A DNA stretch of 64,000 nt from Octopus sinensis (taxonomy: Eukaryota), in contig NC_043007.1 of the NCBI RefSeq assembly GCF_006345805.1, positions 74,710,001-74,774,000 on the forward strand, in the 5' to 3' direction. Of this stretch, positions 25,386-38,570 are shown one piece after another (position 1 is the first letter of the stretch; each line of letters opens with the position of its first letter). The notes below the pieces were generated by a model. That model was not told the DNA's origin. It did no database searches and saw only the letters and a list, made by a program, of their open reading frames with translations. The translations under genes were made by a program, and so were the position numbers.

Positions 25386-27365
25386 TTGCGACACCCCCCC
25401 TACATACACACACATATAAACGTACCTTTTACTCTGAAAAGAAGTTAGTGCATAAGCAGAGATGCGGAGTCTCGTGAGGTCACTTTAGTGCTGGTGCGAC
25501 GAAAATCGCATCCAGCACACTCTGTAATGTTGTTAGTGCCAGCAAAAACATCCAGCCTTAAAGACAAAGCCGAAAATTAAACGCGTGAGTGAAGTGATAT
25601 TCCGGCCCATATGGATGGCTACTAACCCCAACAGTAGTATCACACTGAACTCATTTCTCAGCACGAATCGCAGAGTTTGAGCCAAGCAGAATCGAATTGC
25701 ACTTCAGGTTTTTCTTTATACGATTTTATCTTGTTCAAGAAGGAAGTTCTGGCATGAACTAGGGGTTCTTCACTCCCTGTGGTTTACATACTAGTTAACC
25801 CAGAGATTCGGACTGTCACACGTCCTACTTTTCCGGCTCAGAGTAAACCTGGAAACAATAGTAGCTAAGGGGTGGTTATGAGTTAAAACTACATCCGGTA
25901 GTGGGGGGCTTGTCACGGGATTCCAGGGTTTTGAGGAGCACATACATAAATCTGTAAAGGCCCATGGCCCAGTGGTTAGAGCGTTAGGCTCACAATCGTG
26001 GACCAGGTAGCATGTTGTGTTATTTAGCAAGACATTTTATTTCATGTTGTCCAGTTCATTCATCTGTAGAAATGGTGGTGCCAAGTTGTACTGGCCTTTG
26101 CCTTTCCCTTGGATAACATCTGTGACGTGGAGTGGGAAGGCTGGTATGCATAGGTGACTGCTGGTCTTCCATAAACAACCTTGCTAGGACATGTGCCTAG
26201 AATCGGAACTTTCTAGGCGCAATTCCATAGTCATTCATGGCCGAATGGGGTCTTTACCCTTTACCCTTTTACCGTACCCTGTACGGTAATTTAAATTACA
26301 TTTCTTGTTTTCTACATTACCAATGTAACACGAATTAAAATGAGTTTCACTTAGTCAAATAACCTTTCTTTTTAAATATCTTTTTTTCTAAAAATGTTCT
26401 TCTTTTATAACGTAAATAATGTCATATAAGTAATAGGCACTTATTTACTGCATACTGAAGAGACTCACTTAAATCGAAATACCAGCCTGAAATGAGAAAA
26501 ACGACAAATTAAACAAATATTAAAAAATTAGATGATGTACTCCACTCCAGTTATTTTACATCACTAACTAGATAGAAAACAGAGAATTGATTTCTTTGCA
26601 AGAAAGTCTTTCCCTTTCAATTAAAAGAAAACCAATGAAATAAGAGTTTATAAGGCTATTTAAATTTTAATTGGAGAATTATGACCTTCCCTCAGAAAAT
26701 GCACAATGTTAATTGTGCGGAAGTAGTCCGTTGCTCAGCCATGCACGTAGGAGGAGGAGGAGGAGAAGAAGAAGAAGAAGAAGAAGAAGAAAAAGAAAGA
26801 AAGAAAGAAAGGAAGAAAGAATTTCAGGAAAAAAAAAGCCATATATAATAATGATGATAATAATAGTAATAACAACAACAATAATAATAATAATAATAAT
26901 ATTGACAAGGGCAATGTTAATAATGATGATGCTGATAATGATGTGCAGGTTGAGGATGATGGTGGTAGTGTAAAGGAAGAAAGGGAAAGAGAACACCAAC
27001 CTGATAATGATGATGACGAGGAGGAGGAGGAGGAGGAGGAGGAAGTCTCAGTAAAAATTGTTCAAATTGAATGTCTTCTTAGCAACAGCAACACGGAGAG
27101 TCGACCTGCTAAAATAGCAAACAAAAAACTTCTCCAGTAGGGGAAGAAAATAAACTGGAACAGTTTCAACCAATCCTTACATCTTGCTTTTACACAACTA
27201 ATGAACAACAAATCTATTAGTCAGACATTTCCAACAAACGTCTTGGTTACTAACTCTCTTGTCATCCAACCCCAATGGAGTGTCTATGTTTATATTATAA
27301 CATCTAGAAGGTTAGCTTTTTTTCACCTGCTTCAGTTATTGGAATGTGACAATAAAGGGTTAGAT

Positions 27366-27916
27366 CAGTGGTTCCCAAGCTTTTTCGGGCTACCCCCTCC
27401 ACTTGGCACCCAGGCCACATTCCTAGCGCCCTCACCTCAACTAACCTATTTCTTTACTACCCACAAGGGGCTAAACATAGAGGGGACAAACAAGGACAGA
27501 CAAACGGATTAAGTCGATTATATCGACCCCAGTGCGTAACTGGTACTTATTTAATCGACTCCGAAAGGATGAAAAGCAAAGTCGACCTCGGTGGAATTTG
27601 AACTCAGAACGTAGGGCAGACAAAATACCGCAAAGCACTTCACCCGGTGTGCTAACATTTCTGCCAGCTCGTCGCCCTGACTAACCATCACAAACAGACC
27701 TCTTTCTGAAGCAAATTCAAAGCAATTGTATTTCACAAATAAAACTTAACCTAATGAACCCATTATTTTGTTGTTTTTACATGAATCACTACCCCATTAT
27801 TACCCACGCGTTTTACATGAATCGCTACTCCATCATCGCCCCACTTTTCTTCAACGCCCCCTCGGAACTTTCCACCGCCCCCAAGGACACAATACCGCCC
27901 ACTTTGGGAACCACTT
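27366..27916. mobile_element. hAT-Charlie-type MITE with a nested SINE
   Basis: TIRs CAGTGGTTCCCAA / TTGGGAACCACTT. Imperfect 8-bp TSD GGTTAGAT / GTTTAGAC. A family-B SINE is inserted at 27448-27672. Confidence 0.75.
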
Positions 27917-28349
27917 GTTTAGACGAACAAATCGCCACCTGCTTCAGTCATTGGAATGCGACAATGCTGGGGTACCGCCTTGGAGGGTTTAGGCGAACAA
28001 ATCGCCCCTAGGACTTATTTTAAAGTCTGATCGTATTCTTGATTTATTATAGCTATCTCCACATCTAAAGGATGTGTCACTATTACCAAATGGCAATTAA
28101 GACCAGCCCCACTTAAAAAAGGAGAGCTAATCTCAGAATTCGAGAATTTTCTCCAAAGTTGAGATGTCATTAAAGAAAAGGACAGGTTTATTATTTGGAG
28201 ATAAGAGGGCAGTCTTGGACATGTGTTTCTGACTCAATACACCAGCCCAATTTTTTATTTTTTGTATAAGTCTAATTCATTGGTTACTGGAGATAAGGCC
28301 GGACAATTATCGTGCTAAGTCTTCCCTATAACCATCAAGCACTACCATT

Positions 28350-29000
28350 ACAAATCTTTCAACTTTCGTTCTTCGTTGAAAAAAAATGGGTTCTGAAAGT
28401 ACTCCAAAGCACAGTTTATTTCACTAAGGCTTTTAGATAAATCCACTTGTAGAGGCGTCTCTTTATCGATATAGTAACCCGATACTTGCGGTTCGTTGGT
28501 GAAGTTCTCATTAACAAATATTATTTGCATCAGCTTCTTTAAAACCTGCTTCCGGCGCCATTTGTACAAGACCATTGCTCATCGAGATTGTTTCATTCTC
28601 TGTCTTAGGAACTTCCTTGATTACATTTGGACACAAATACGTTCAAAACTCCAATGTTGAACTAGCTTCTTCCCACATATCTTTCATATATTTTTTGACT
28701 CCTTGCATAATGTTATAATTTTTCCAGAATTCTTTGGCAAACTGCAGTTTATCGTCCATCGCAACAATCAGCCGACATCTAAGATAATATTCTTTGAATT
28801 TGGAAATAATTTTATGAGCTTTACGCTGTAGTTGAGTGTGCTAGGAGGAATTAAAACGATTGTAAAAGATATTTCGAACTTTTGGAGAGAATCAAGATGG
28901 AACGTTGTCCAAAAACAGATGTATTATCTTGGGTTCAAAATTATTCTTAGCGTCGTAACATTTGACTGCACAGAAGAAATGTTCTGGGATTTTTTTAGAT
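28350..29000 (-). mobile_element. pogo/Tigger-like transposase relic
   Basis: AVKCYDAKNNFEPKIIHLFLDNVPS ... SKFKEYYLR ... EFWKNYNIMQGVK..KDMWEE ... MAPEAGFKEAD, with several stops and frameshifts. This is the typical TIGD/Tigger DDE C-terminal pattern. Confidence 0.75.
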
Positions 29001-29089
29001 TATAAAACCTATACTCCAATTTTTTTTCGGACATGTGAACAACTGTAAGAAAATTATCCAATGACACCAATCAAACAGGGTCCAATTCA

Positions 29090-29256
29090 CAGTAGCGTGG
29101 CTAGAGTGTTTGCTGTCCGGGGCAGTCCCAGACTTTATTACCTCCATCTGAGGGTGGGGAGAGACAAAGCTTATACAGGCTTATGGATTAGACCCACAAG
29201 TAAAGGTATCGCCTAGGGTGGACTGTTCCCTGCGACCCTGCTCATCTACGCTACTG
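29090..29256. mobile_element. Small MITE with CAGTAGCGT ends
   Basis: Terminal inverted repeat CAGTAGCGT...ACGCTACTG around a GC-rich interior. No clear TSD. Confidence 0.45.
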
Positions 29257-30184
29257 CCGAAACTCTCATATACAATAAGTATATCTTCAGCTTTGATGCT
29301 TTCCACTCCTCTCACTTCTTACCTCGGTACCTGTTCTCCCAACTTCTAATATTACTGGCTGACTGAAGGTAGCGAGCTGGCAGAATCATAGCACGCGAGG
29401 CAAAATGCTTAGTGGCACTTCGTTCGTCTTTACGTTCTGAGTTCAAATTCCGCCAAGGTCAACTTTGCCTTTCATCCTTTCGGGGTCGATGTAACCGACA
29501 TAACGCCACACACGCCCCAACGAAATTGCTGGCCTTGAGCCAAAATTTGAAATCAATATTACTGGCTGACTGATCACCCCCTTTAATTTTTGCTGTTTTG
29601 GGGTCACCACAATTTGACGTCCGTCAACTCCTGGTCGTCATCCCTCAACCAAACCTACAAATATCAAGATGAAATCGAATGTGACGGATTTACTTGACTA
29701 TCACCAACATCAACAGTCAAACGCACTGCAGTGCTTAGTCTACTCCAAGGCTCGATGTTGTAAAAAGAATTATCATCTTTAAAATCTTCAAATATTCTGT
29801 CGAATATATATTATTAACATGCATTCAGAGTTGGAGTCCAATTAGAGGCACGACTAGAACCAATTCCGTTTAGTCAGATCAGTGTTCCTAAGGAAATCTA
29901 TTTCCACCAACGAAAAGGAAGCATATCAAGCAACCACACCATAAAAGGTGTGGTTTGTTTCTCTTTCACTTTGTCTCTATGGGAGTTCTTTGTACAAATT
30001 TACGAACGTGTTCGTCCGAATGGATTCCATTGATATAAACAGTACAGAAAGGGATTGCAATTGAAACAGAGTAATCTTTCTATCGCTTATTGGTCTTTTC
30101 TAGAAATCTAAGCATTCATTTGAACAGATACCTACCTCCTTTCTCATTCTAAGTACTCTTACTTAATGGAACCACACACACACA

Positions 30185-30217
<33 letters not shown>

Positions 30218-30721
30218 GATTGATATGCACATACCTTGTAGATGAGTTTTATCCATACATCTATGCACACACCCTGCTAACATCTCATGTTCTTCTCTTT
30301 CTTAATTCTTAATAAAGTTGTTATAAAGTCTATCCCAACCCGTCCACTTTTATCAATTTACTTTTAACTACATTAAGAATAGAAATAACTAGAAATAATT
30401 GCACAGGTCTGAAAAAAAAAACGTGGTAGCCATAACCGCTTTGGTCCTCCTCTCCGATTTCCAAGTTTGGTGTAACTTGATCTTTCTGAGGTTAAGGAAA
30501 CGTCAACGTGGAGGAAATGACAAAGTATTTAGGGTGGAATTTGTCAGTAAATAGATGTGGTAGGTAGTCAGTCGTTCAGATCAGACAAGGAGGAGCAGTT
30601 GTAGTAGTCACAGAAAGGGAATATGACAAACGTGACAATTAACCATCAGCTGTAGCATGTTGGTGACTGACAGCTTACCTTTCAGTCATCTGGTCTTTCT
30701 GGATGCAGTCCAACAGGATAA

Positions 30722-30940
30722 GGCAGCGAGCTGGCAGAAACGTTAGCACTCCGGGCGAAATGCTTAGCCGTATTTCGTCTGCCGTTACGTTCTGAGTTCA
30801 AATTCCGCCGAGGTCGACTTTGCCTTTCATCCTTTCGGGGCCGATTAAATAAGTACCAGTTACGCACTGGGGTCGATGTAATCGACTTAATCCGTTTGTC
30901 TGTCCTTGTTTGTCCTCTCTGTGTTTAGCCCCTTGTGGGT
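30722..30940 (+). mobile_element. SINE family B (tRNA-like head GAGCTGGCAGAAACGTTAGC, B-box GAGTTCAAATTCC)
   Basis: About 13 copies in the window, including 14455-14640(-), 27448-27672(-), 29368-29555(+), 44090-44275(+) and 52225-52410(-). Confidence 0.85.
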
Positions 30941-31150
30941 ACTCTTTTACTCTTTTACTTGTTTCAGTCATTTGACTGCGGCCATGCTGGAGCACCGCCT
31001 TTAGTCGAGGAAATCGACCCCAGAACTTATTCTTTGTAAGCCCAGTACTTATTCTATCGGTCTCTTTTGCCGAACCGCTAGGTGACGGGGACGTAAACAC
31101 ACCAGCATCGGTTGTCAGGCGATGTTAGGGGGACAAACACAGACACACAA

Positions 31151-31181
<31 letters not shown>

Positions 31182-31343
31182 CATATATATACGACAGGCT
31201 TCTTTCAGTTTCCGTCTACCAAATCCACTCACAAGGCATTGGTCGGCCCGGGGCTATAGCAGAAGACACTTGCCCAAGATGCCACGCAGTGGGACTGAAC
31301 CCGGAACCATGTGGCTGGTTAGCAAGCTACTTACCACACAGCC
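30941..31343 (-). mobile_element. SINE family A, young copy
   Basis: Reverse-complement match, CpGs intact. Confidence 0.85.
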
Positions 31344-32120
31344 AAGAAATAGATATATACATTGTCGTCGTTGTCATTATTCCGAATATGTTTGCGTTAT
31401 TTTAATGTGAAGTGAGTACTTGTGATTTATAAATCTTCAGAATCGTTAAGAGATTAAATTTTTTTTTTCTGAAGAGAAAGCTCAGCATTATGTATAGACA
31501 GTAGTTTGGATTTCTTCCATCATATTTGATGTATTGAAGCAGAGAGAATTGTCCATTAATCAGCAAATTCAGAAAGGTTGCTTTTCTCACTGATGGGGTT
31601 TACTACTGCATGTTACAATAGTTACTTGTAAAGAGAAAATGATGGGAGACATTGTTTTTGAGAACACACTCCAAAGAGTGAATTGATTGCGGGGCGATAC
31701 ATGGAATACTTCTCTGGTCTGATCACTGATTTTTCTGTTTCAAATAATCAATATTTGAAACTGATGAAACACTTAGCTCCTGAATTGACGAGTATCTCTG
31801 TTCCCTAGTTGCCGATTGTTGAAAGCAGTCAACAATTCAAACAATTCTGCAAACGTCTAATCAAGTAATTCCTAATTCCATATGGAAAAGAAAATCTCCG
31901 TAAAACTGCTTTGTTGAATTAATCTATATTTTGTGATGACACTGAGTGAATGTTAAGATTAGAGAATATATTATGGAAGCTGGTTCAACTATCAATTCTG
32001 TTTTGTAATCTATTGTACTTTAGCAAATTCTTGTCGGCATTGGCATTAATTCAACAACGTAAATTATATCAACGTGTATCACGAAGTATCAGCTAAATTT
32101 TTTATATTTCATTTATCATT

Positions 32121-32375
32121 ATCTTTTGTTTTTACTTCTTTCAGTCATTAGACTGCAGTCATACTGGGACACTACCTTGAAGTGTTTTAGTCGAACAAAT
32201 CGACCCCCCAGTACTTATTTTTTGTTGTTGCTTTTATAAAGCCTGTCATACCGATTTAGTCGGTCTCTTTTATCGAACCGCTAAGCTACGGGAACGTAAA
32301 TGCACTAACAGCGGTTGTGAAGTGGTGCTGGGAGACAAACACAGATACAAAGACACATACACATGAATATATATA

Positions 32376-32411
<36 letters not shown>

Positions 32412-32592
32412 TGTATGTATGTATGTATATATATACACGACGGACTTCTTTCAGCGTTTGTCTACCAAATCCACTCACAAGGCTTTGGTCGGCCCGGGAC
32501 TTATTGTTGAAGACATTTTTTTCACGAACCACGCTGTGGGACTGAACCCGGAAACATGCGGTTGGAAAGCAAGCTTTTTCCCACACAGCCAT
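32121..32592 (-). mobile_element. SINE family A
   Basis: Reverse-complement match. Confidence 0.8.
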
Positions 32593-33008
32593 AAACCTAT
32601 ATTTCATATTATGCAATAGACGAATAATATACCACTTTCAAAAATTGATTTTTTCCTACATAAAGCGAGGAGCGCTCCTACAAGTATAAGTCCTGATGCT
32701 TATGGTATTTTGTTACTTCTAGTAATCAGTCACGGAGAGCAACTATTTTGATAATACCAGCTGTTACTAATAGTAGTCACATCCACTCAGATAATCCTTA
32801 CCGTCCTAAATAATAAAAAAGACATATAAAATAAAGTAGTTTGGCATACCTGAAAATGCTTTTTAAAATGTTTTGTTGTTTTTTGACGCAGTGCACTTTG
32901 TATGTATGTATGTATGCATATATATATATGTATGTATATGTGTGTATATATACATATGTATATATATATACATATATATGTGTGTATATACATACATATG
33001 TATGTATG

Positions 33009-33043
<35 letters not shown>

Positions 33044-33174
33044 ATGTATATATATATATATGTGTGTGTGTGTGTATGTATGTATATATATATATGTGTG
33101 TGTGTGTGTGTATGTATGTATATATATATATATATGTGTGTGTGTGTATGTATATATGTATGTATGTATATATA

Positions 33175-33205
<31 letters not shown>

Positions 33206-33367
33206 ATATATATATATGTGTGTGTGTATGTATATATGTATATGTATGTATGTATATATATATATATATATACACACATACATATGTATATATATGTATA
33301 TATACATATATATATATGTACATACCTACATATATATGTATATATATATATATATATATGCATATAT

Positions 33368-33517
33368 GGGTACAGGACATCAAAAAAATAAAAAGGTTAA
33401 GCACAATGAGAAACGAAAACATAGAAAACGAACTTTTTTACGAACAATGAAAAAAAAAACACAGAGAAACGAGACATGTAACATAAAGAATATCCCCCCT
33501 TCATCAGTTGTCCCTGC
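33368..33517 (-). mobile_element. Possible Penelope-like terminal fragment of another family
   Basis: Minus strand reads GGGACAACTGATGAAGGGGG (CTGATGA at 33501-33507). Abuts a TA/TG microsatellite. Confidence 0.3.
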
Positions 33518-33784
33518 TAATGATCAGCTATGGAGTACAGAAGATGAGTACAAAAGACAATTCTGGATATGTTTTGGTCGTATTAGCCCTTCTCTCTTAT
33601 TCCTTGTGTATTTAGATTTAAACACATTCTTATTCTGAATTCTCCCCGAATGCAAAACTCAAGTTCTTAGTACAACAAAGAGACAATATCACCGGGCATT
33701 TTATTTGTCATATCAACGAATCTCAGTTTAATTAGTTATAACAAAGGACTGAAAACGATGACTTATTGCACTCTACTTATTACA

Positions 33785-34185
33785 TACTAGCAGTATCGCT
33801 CGGCGTTGCTCGGAGTTGTTTCGACCCTTTAGAATTGGAATTTTTGAAAAGTAAAAATGTTGCATTATGTAGCTTGTTATTCTCTTTAAGTGAACATTTT
33901 TCTGGTTGAAATACACCGAAAAATGGCGACACATTAGTCAGAAAATCGTAAAAAAATAGGGATTTTCATAGAAAAAAAAGGACCTTTTTTATGTAAATAA
34001 TTTTTGGTCTTAACATGGTCCGATTTGAATATTATCTTCTACGGAATGAAGAGCAAGCCTTCTTCTATCACACTCTCAATTTTGGTCAACTTGCGCCGCA
34101 GGGTCTCGGAGGAGATAGTGTTAGTTGAAGACTACCAAACCTGCCACACAAACACAGACAACTTCAGCCTTGTATATAGAGAGAT
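33785..34185 (+). mobile_element. HINE/Lep1-like element, copy 1 of a pair
   Basis: Starts TACTAGCAGTATCGCTCGGCGTTGCTCGG and ends ACAGACAACTTCAGC...ATAGAGAGAT. Highly similar to 35056-35450. Confidence 0.75.
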
Positions 34186-34620
34186 TTACCATATAGAAAA
34201 CAGTGGCGTCAATTAGTTTTATAACCTTTAGTTTTTTTCCGAACTAAATCGCCGGGTTATTATTGTTGTTGTTCAGCCCCAGGTCAGTTCTTGTCGAATA
34301 AACCGTGATTCAAAGCATTTCGTAACTATCCCATCTTTCTTTTTCCTAAGCTCACTGAACAATGACTGGATTATCTAAAACAGTAAAGTATAGATTGAGA
34401 GAAATTTTGCTTCTATTTCTAGTACAGTGAATGCGGCACAAAATCTCTCTTGTTGACTCTGAACCGCTCAATTTACGACAGACTTTTTTTCAAGACATTC
34501 AAAAGGTTGTTGGAAAGTCATTCTTTCGTACGTTTATTAACTCCACAATCTTCTTTCCAGATAAGTTTGTAGAAAATGGTTCATTAGCAATATTATTTAC
34601 CAAAGAACACTTCCAAACAG

Positions 34621-34710
34621 TTGATGTTGCTTAAGGGAAGCAATCTTTTGTTGATGTTGCTCAAGAGAAACATTCTTTTGTTGATTTTGCTAAAGAGAAA
34701 TATCCTGTTG
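34621..34710. repeat. 3 x 30-bp minisatellite
   Basis: TTGATGTTGCT.AAG.GAA.CA.TCTTTTG repeated at an exact 30-nt period. Confidence 0.85.
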
Positions 34711-35055
34711 TTATTTAAGAATCCTTGTAATCTCATTGTAAGTCGGTTCTCATTGTGAGTTATAAGTGAGTTATCCTTGACGACATCGTAGAAACGATAT
34801 TTGGTAAATCGGTATTTAACTAATTGAGTTTACAGACACAATAGAAGTCTAATAATGAATCGGAAATATTACATTATCTTCTTCATTGAACTGCGAATAT
34901 CGTCTTTGCTATTTTACTGTATATTTTTTCAAAGCAAAATGGTGCAAAAGATTTACTTTCAAGTCTGTTATGAAATCATTTCTTTTGAGTTGAAGAATAC
35001 ATCTCTGAAGCAATGTTCTCTGAGCAATGTTCTTCGACAGTGAAATTTATACATA

Positions 35056-35450
35056 TTCTAGCAGTCTCGCCCGGCGTTGCTCGGGTTTGTTTCGACAGCT
35101 TTAGAATTGGAATTTTTGAAAAGTAAAAATGTTGCATTATGTAGCTTGTTATTCTCTTTAAGTAAACATTTTTCTGGTTGAAATACACCGAAAAATGACG
35201 ACACGGCAGTCAAAAAATCGTAAAAAAATAGGGATTTTCATAGAAAAAAAGCACCTTTTTGATGTAAAGAATTTTTGATCTTAACATGGTTCGATTTGAA
35301 TTTTATCTCCTACGGAATGAAGAGCAGGCCTTCTTCTATCATACTCTCAATTTTGGTCAACTTGCGCCGCAGGGTCTCGGAGGAGATAGTGTTAGTTGAA
35401 GGCTACCAAACCTGCCACACACAGACAACTTCAGCTTTATATATAGAGAT
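35056..35450 (+). mobile_element. HINE/Lep1-like element, copy 2 of a pair
   Basis: Direct repeat of 33785-34185. Confidence 0.75.
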
Positions 35451-35635
35451 TTGAGAAAATTCGGGAACACTCATTAAATGGTAAAAAGAGATAAACTTGT
35501 AGAATCGCGAAGGCATCGGAAAGAAATGTCTGAAATTTCTAATTATGGTTCTTTATGTTTTTATTTTAAATTCCGCAAGGCCAACTTGGCTTCCCAATCT
35601 TAACATACACACACACACGCGCACCATATATATAT

Positions 35636-35862
35636 TTCTTTACTACCCACAAGGGGCTAAACACAGAGGGGACAAACAAGAACAGACAAACGGATTAAGT
35701 CGATTACATCGACCCCAGTGCGTAACTGGTACTTAATTTATCGACCCCTAAAGGATGAAAGGCAAAGTCGACCTCGGCGGGATTTGAACCCAGAACGTAG
35801 CGGCAGACGAAATACGGCTACACATTTCGCCCGGCGTGCTAACGTTTCTGCCAGCTCGCCGC
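35636..35862 (-). mobile_element. SINE family B
   Basis: Full-length match. Confidence 0.85.
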
Positions 35863-36341
35863 CTGTACGCGCACCATATATATGCGTATATTTTTCACTT
35901 ATGTACATCATTGATGGGAGTAACCATCGTTGGGGAGACTAAATGAACCAGTTCTTCACAGACGATACCTCTTTTTCATATTTGTTCTGCAACTCGGCCA
36001 TTCTTCCTTTGTCTTCGTCGGGGATGCAATAAGCTAACGACCGGTCTTTGGAAACCTGGAATCAATGATTCTGTTCTTCACAAACTATGATATCAAAATA
36101 AAAAAATAAGAAGTACCAGATTCACTTAATATTTCCTTAAGGCATCCTAGATATTAATAAAATTATAATAGCCGTCAGAATCTGAAACTTTGTGAAGTGG
36201 CTTCCATTTTCATCTACCTGCTCACTTTTATTTATTTCCTCTTCAATATGCCGCTGTTTTGTTTTTACTATACCTTTGTGTTTATAGAGATTTCAACTGT
36301 ATACCTCTCTACCCATCCCCATATATATATATATATTATAT

Positions 36342-36395
<54 letters not shown>

Positions 36396-36698
36396 ATATG
36401 TGTGTGTGTATATATGTATGTATGTATATGTATGTATGTATTATATATATATATATATATATATGTGTATATATGTATATATGTGTATATATGTATATAT
36501 GTATATGTGTATATATGTGTATATATGTGTATGTATATATATATGTATATATATGTATATGTATATATGTATATATGTATATATGTGTATATATATGTAT
36601 GTATATATGTATGTATATGTATATATATATGTATGTATATATGTATATATATATGTATGTATGTATGTATATATATTATATATATATATATATGTATG

Positions 36699-36747
<49 letters not shown>

Positions 36748-36812
36748 ATATGTATGTATATATATATATATATATGTATGTATATATGTATATATGTATG
36801 TATATATGTATA

Positions 36813-36848
<36 letters not shown>

Positions 36849-38165
36849 TGTATGTATGTATGTATGTGTGTGTGTGCATGCCTGCGGGTGTGTGGCGTTC
36901 AAAAACAAAGAGTTAGATGCACACATGCTTGCATTTATTTTCTGATGACTTCTACATCTGATTAACAGCAAGTGCACAGACCAGCCTGGAAGCTAATAGT
37001 TTATTGAATACGTAAATCCATAGCCTTTATTTGCACATTTAGAAGCCATGGTTGAGTACAATCTGGAATGCATCCAAATATTGCTGTTAGCAACGGTGTG
37101 CTGCAAATACGATGCTTGTGTTTTTCATGGCTGTTTTCAGCTGCGCATCATCCGCAATTTAGTTAACTGCACAAGGTCTCACAACATCTTTTTTTTTTCT
37201 TTACGCAAGTAAAAAAAAACCTTATAGTTTTATTACGAAGAGAATATTGATAAGTACACTCTCACGATGACTATCTTCTGGTGTATATTTGTCAATATTT
37301 CGAGTTGCTTCACCTGCCTCTGGCAATTTGCCAAAACAACATATTATGTTAGAATTTCAAACGCTATAAAGCAATGGCATCCACGATGATTATTGCTATT
37401 TTTTGTGTTGCTTTATTCCGTTAATAAGTGAGTGATCTTGTTTCAAAAGAACATATGTTGTGTGTATAACATCAGGTATGCTCCAGTTCACTGTGACTTC
37501 TTTGCCTCACGCAACAAATCTTAGCATCAAATACCTCTGCATAGAGGTGAACAATGCAAGAATTATCGCGATCCTTTATGTTAGTTTATGAAAAGCATAA
37601 CGTATATAGTACAACCAGCTGCCGCTCATGAGCGAGTATGGTTTGGTAACATGTAGTAGCAAACGTTTGCTAGTTATTTTAGCTGTCTACACTGTCCCAA
37701 ACAGATGTAGACACCTTGTCGTATCACTTCACCAAGACCCAGTAGAATATCCAGATTGTGAAAATTGAGGAGAGGAAAGCGGGGGTAAATGTATCAGTAC
37801 CCAACTGGGACTGCGTTTACAACTGAGAAGACTGGAGTAACATAAACTGTAGGGGCTTGCTCAAGGACACAATACGTTAACTGGACCAAGAACTGAACAC
37901 ACGACATCAGGTTATTGAGTTGAACACACTAACCACTTGGCCACGTGCCTTTTATGAAGGCACATCATAAGGAGGTACAATCCAATTGTACCTCCTTTAT
38001 CAGATTAAAATTTGACTGATGTATAGCTATTTAAAAGGCAATAAAATATCTCTAGTATTCTATCTTTTATTTCAGCAAATTTCCCTCCCAATTTCTGTCT
38101 ATCAGTCTGACTGTGTATTTGTCTGTCTGTGCGTCTCTTTCTCTCGTATATTTGTATTACACATA

Positions 38166-38570
38166 AGGCGTTAGCACGCCGGGCGAAATGCTAAGCGGTG
38201 TTTCGTCTGCCGCTACGTTCTGAGTTCAAATTCCGCCGAGGTCGACTTTGCTTTTCATCCTTTCGGGGTCGATAAATTAAGTACCAGTTACGCACTGGAG
38301 TCAATATAATCGACTTAATCCGTTTGTCTGTCCTTGTTTGTCCTCTCTGTGTTTAGCCCCTTGTGGGTAGTAAAGAAATAGGTATTTCGTCTGGCGCTAC
38401 GTTCTGAGTTCGAATTCCACCAAGGTTAACTTTGCCTTTCATCCTTTTGGGGTCGATTAAATAAGTATCAGTTACGCACTGGGGTCGATGTCATCGACTT
38501 AATCCATTTGTCTGTCCTTGTTTGTCCCCCTCTATGTTTAGTCCCTTGTGGACATTAAAGAATTAAATAT
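38166..38570 (+). mobile_element. SINE family B, dimeric
   Basis: Same junction (GAAATAGGTATTTCGTC) as the 22745 dimer. Confidence 0.8.

Noticed and set aside
26713-27140. Poly-R/E/I/D ORFs (also 1341-1866, 11087-11275, 17288-17578, 60112-60414)
   Set aside because: They are translations of trinucleotide and dinucleotide repeats.
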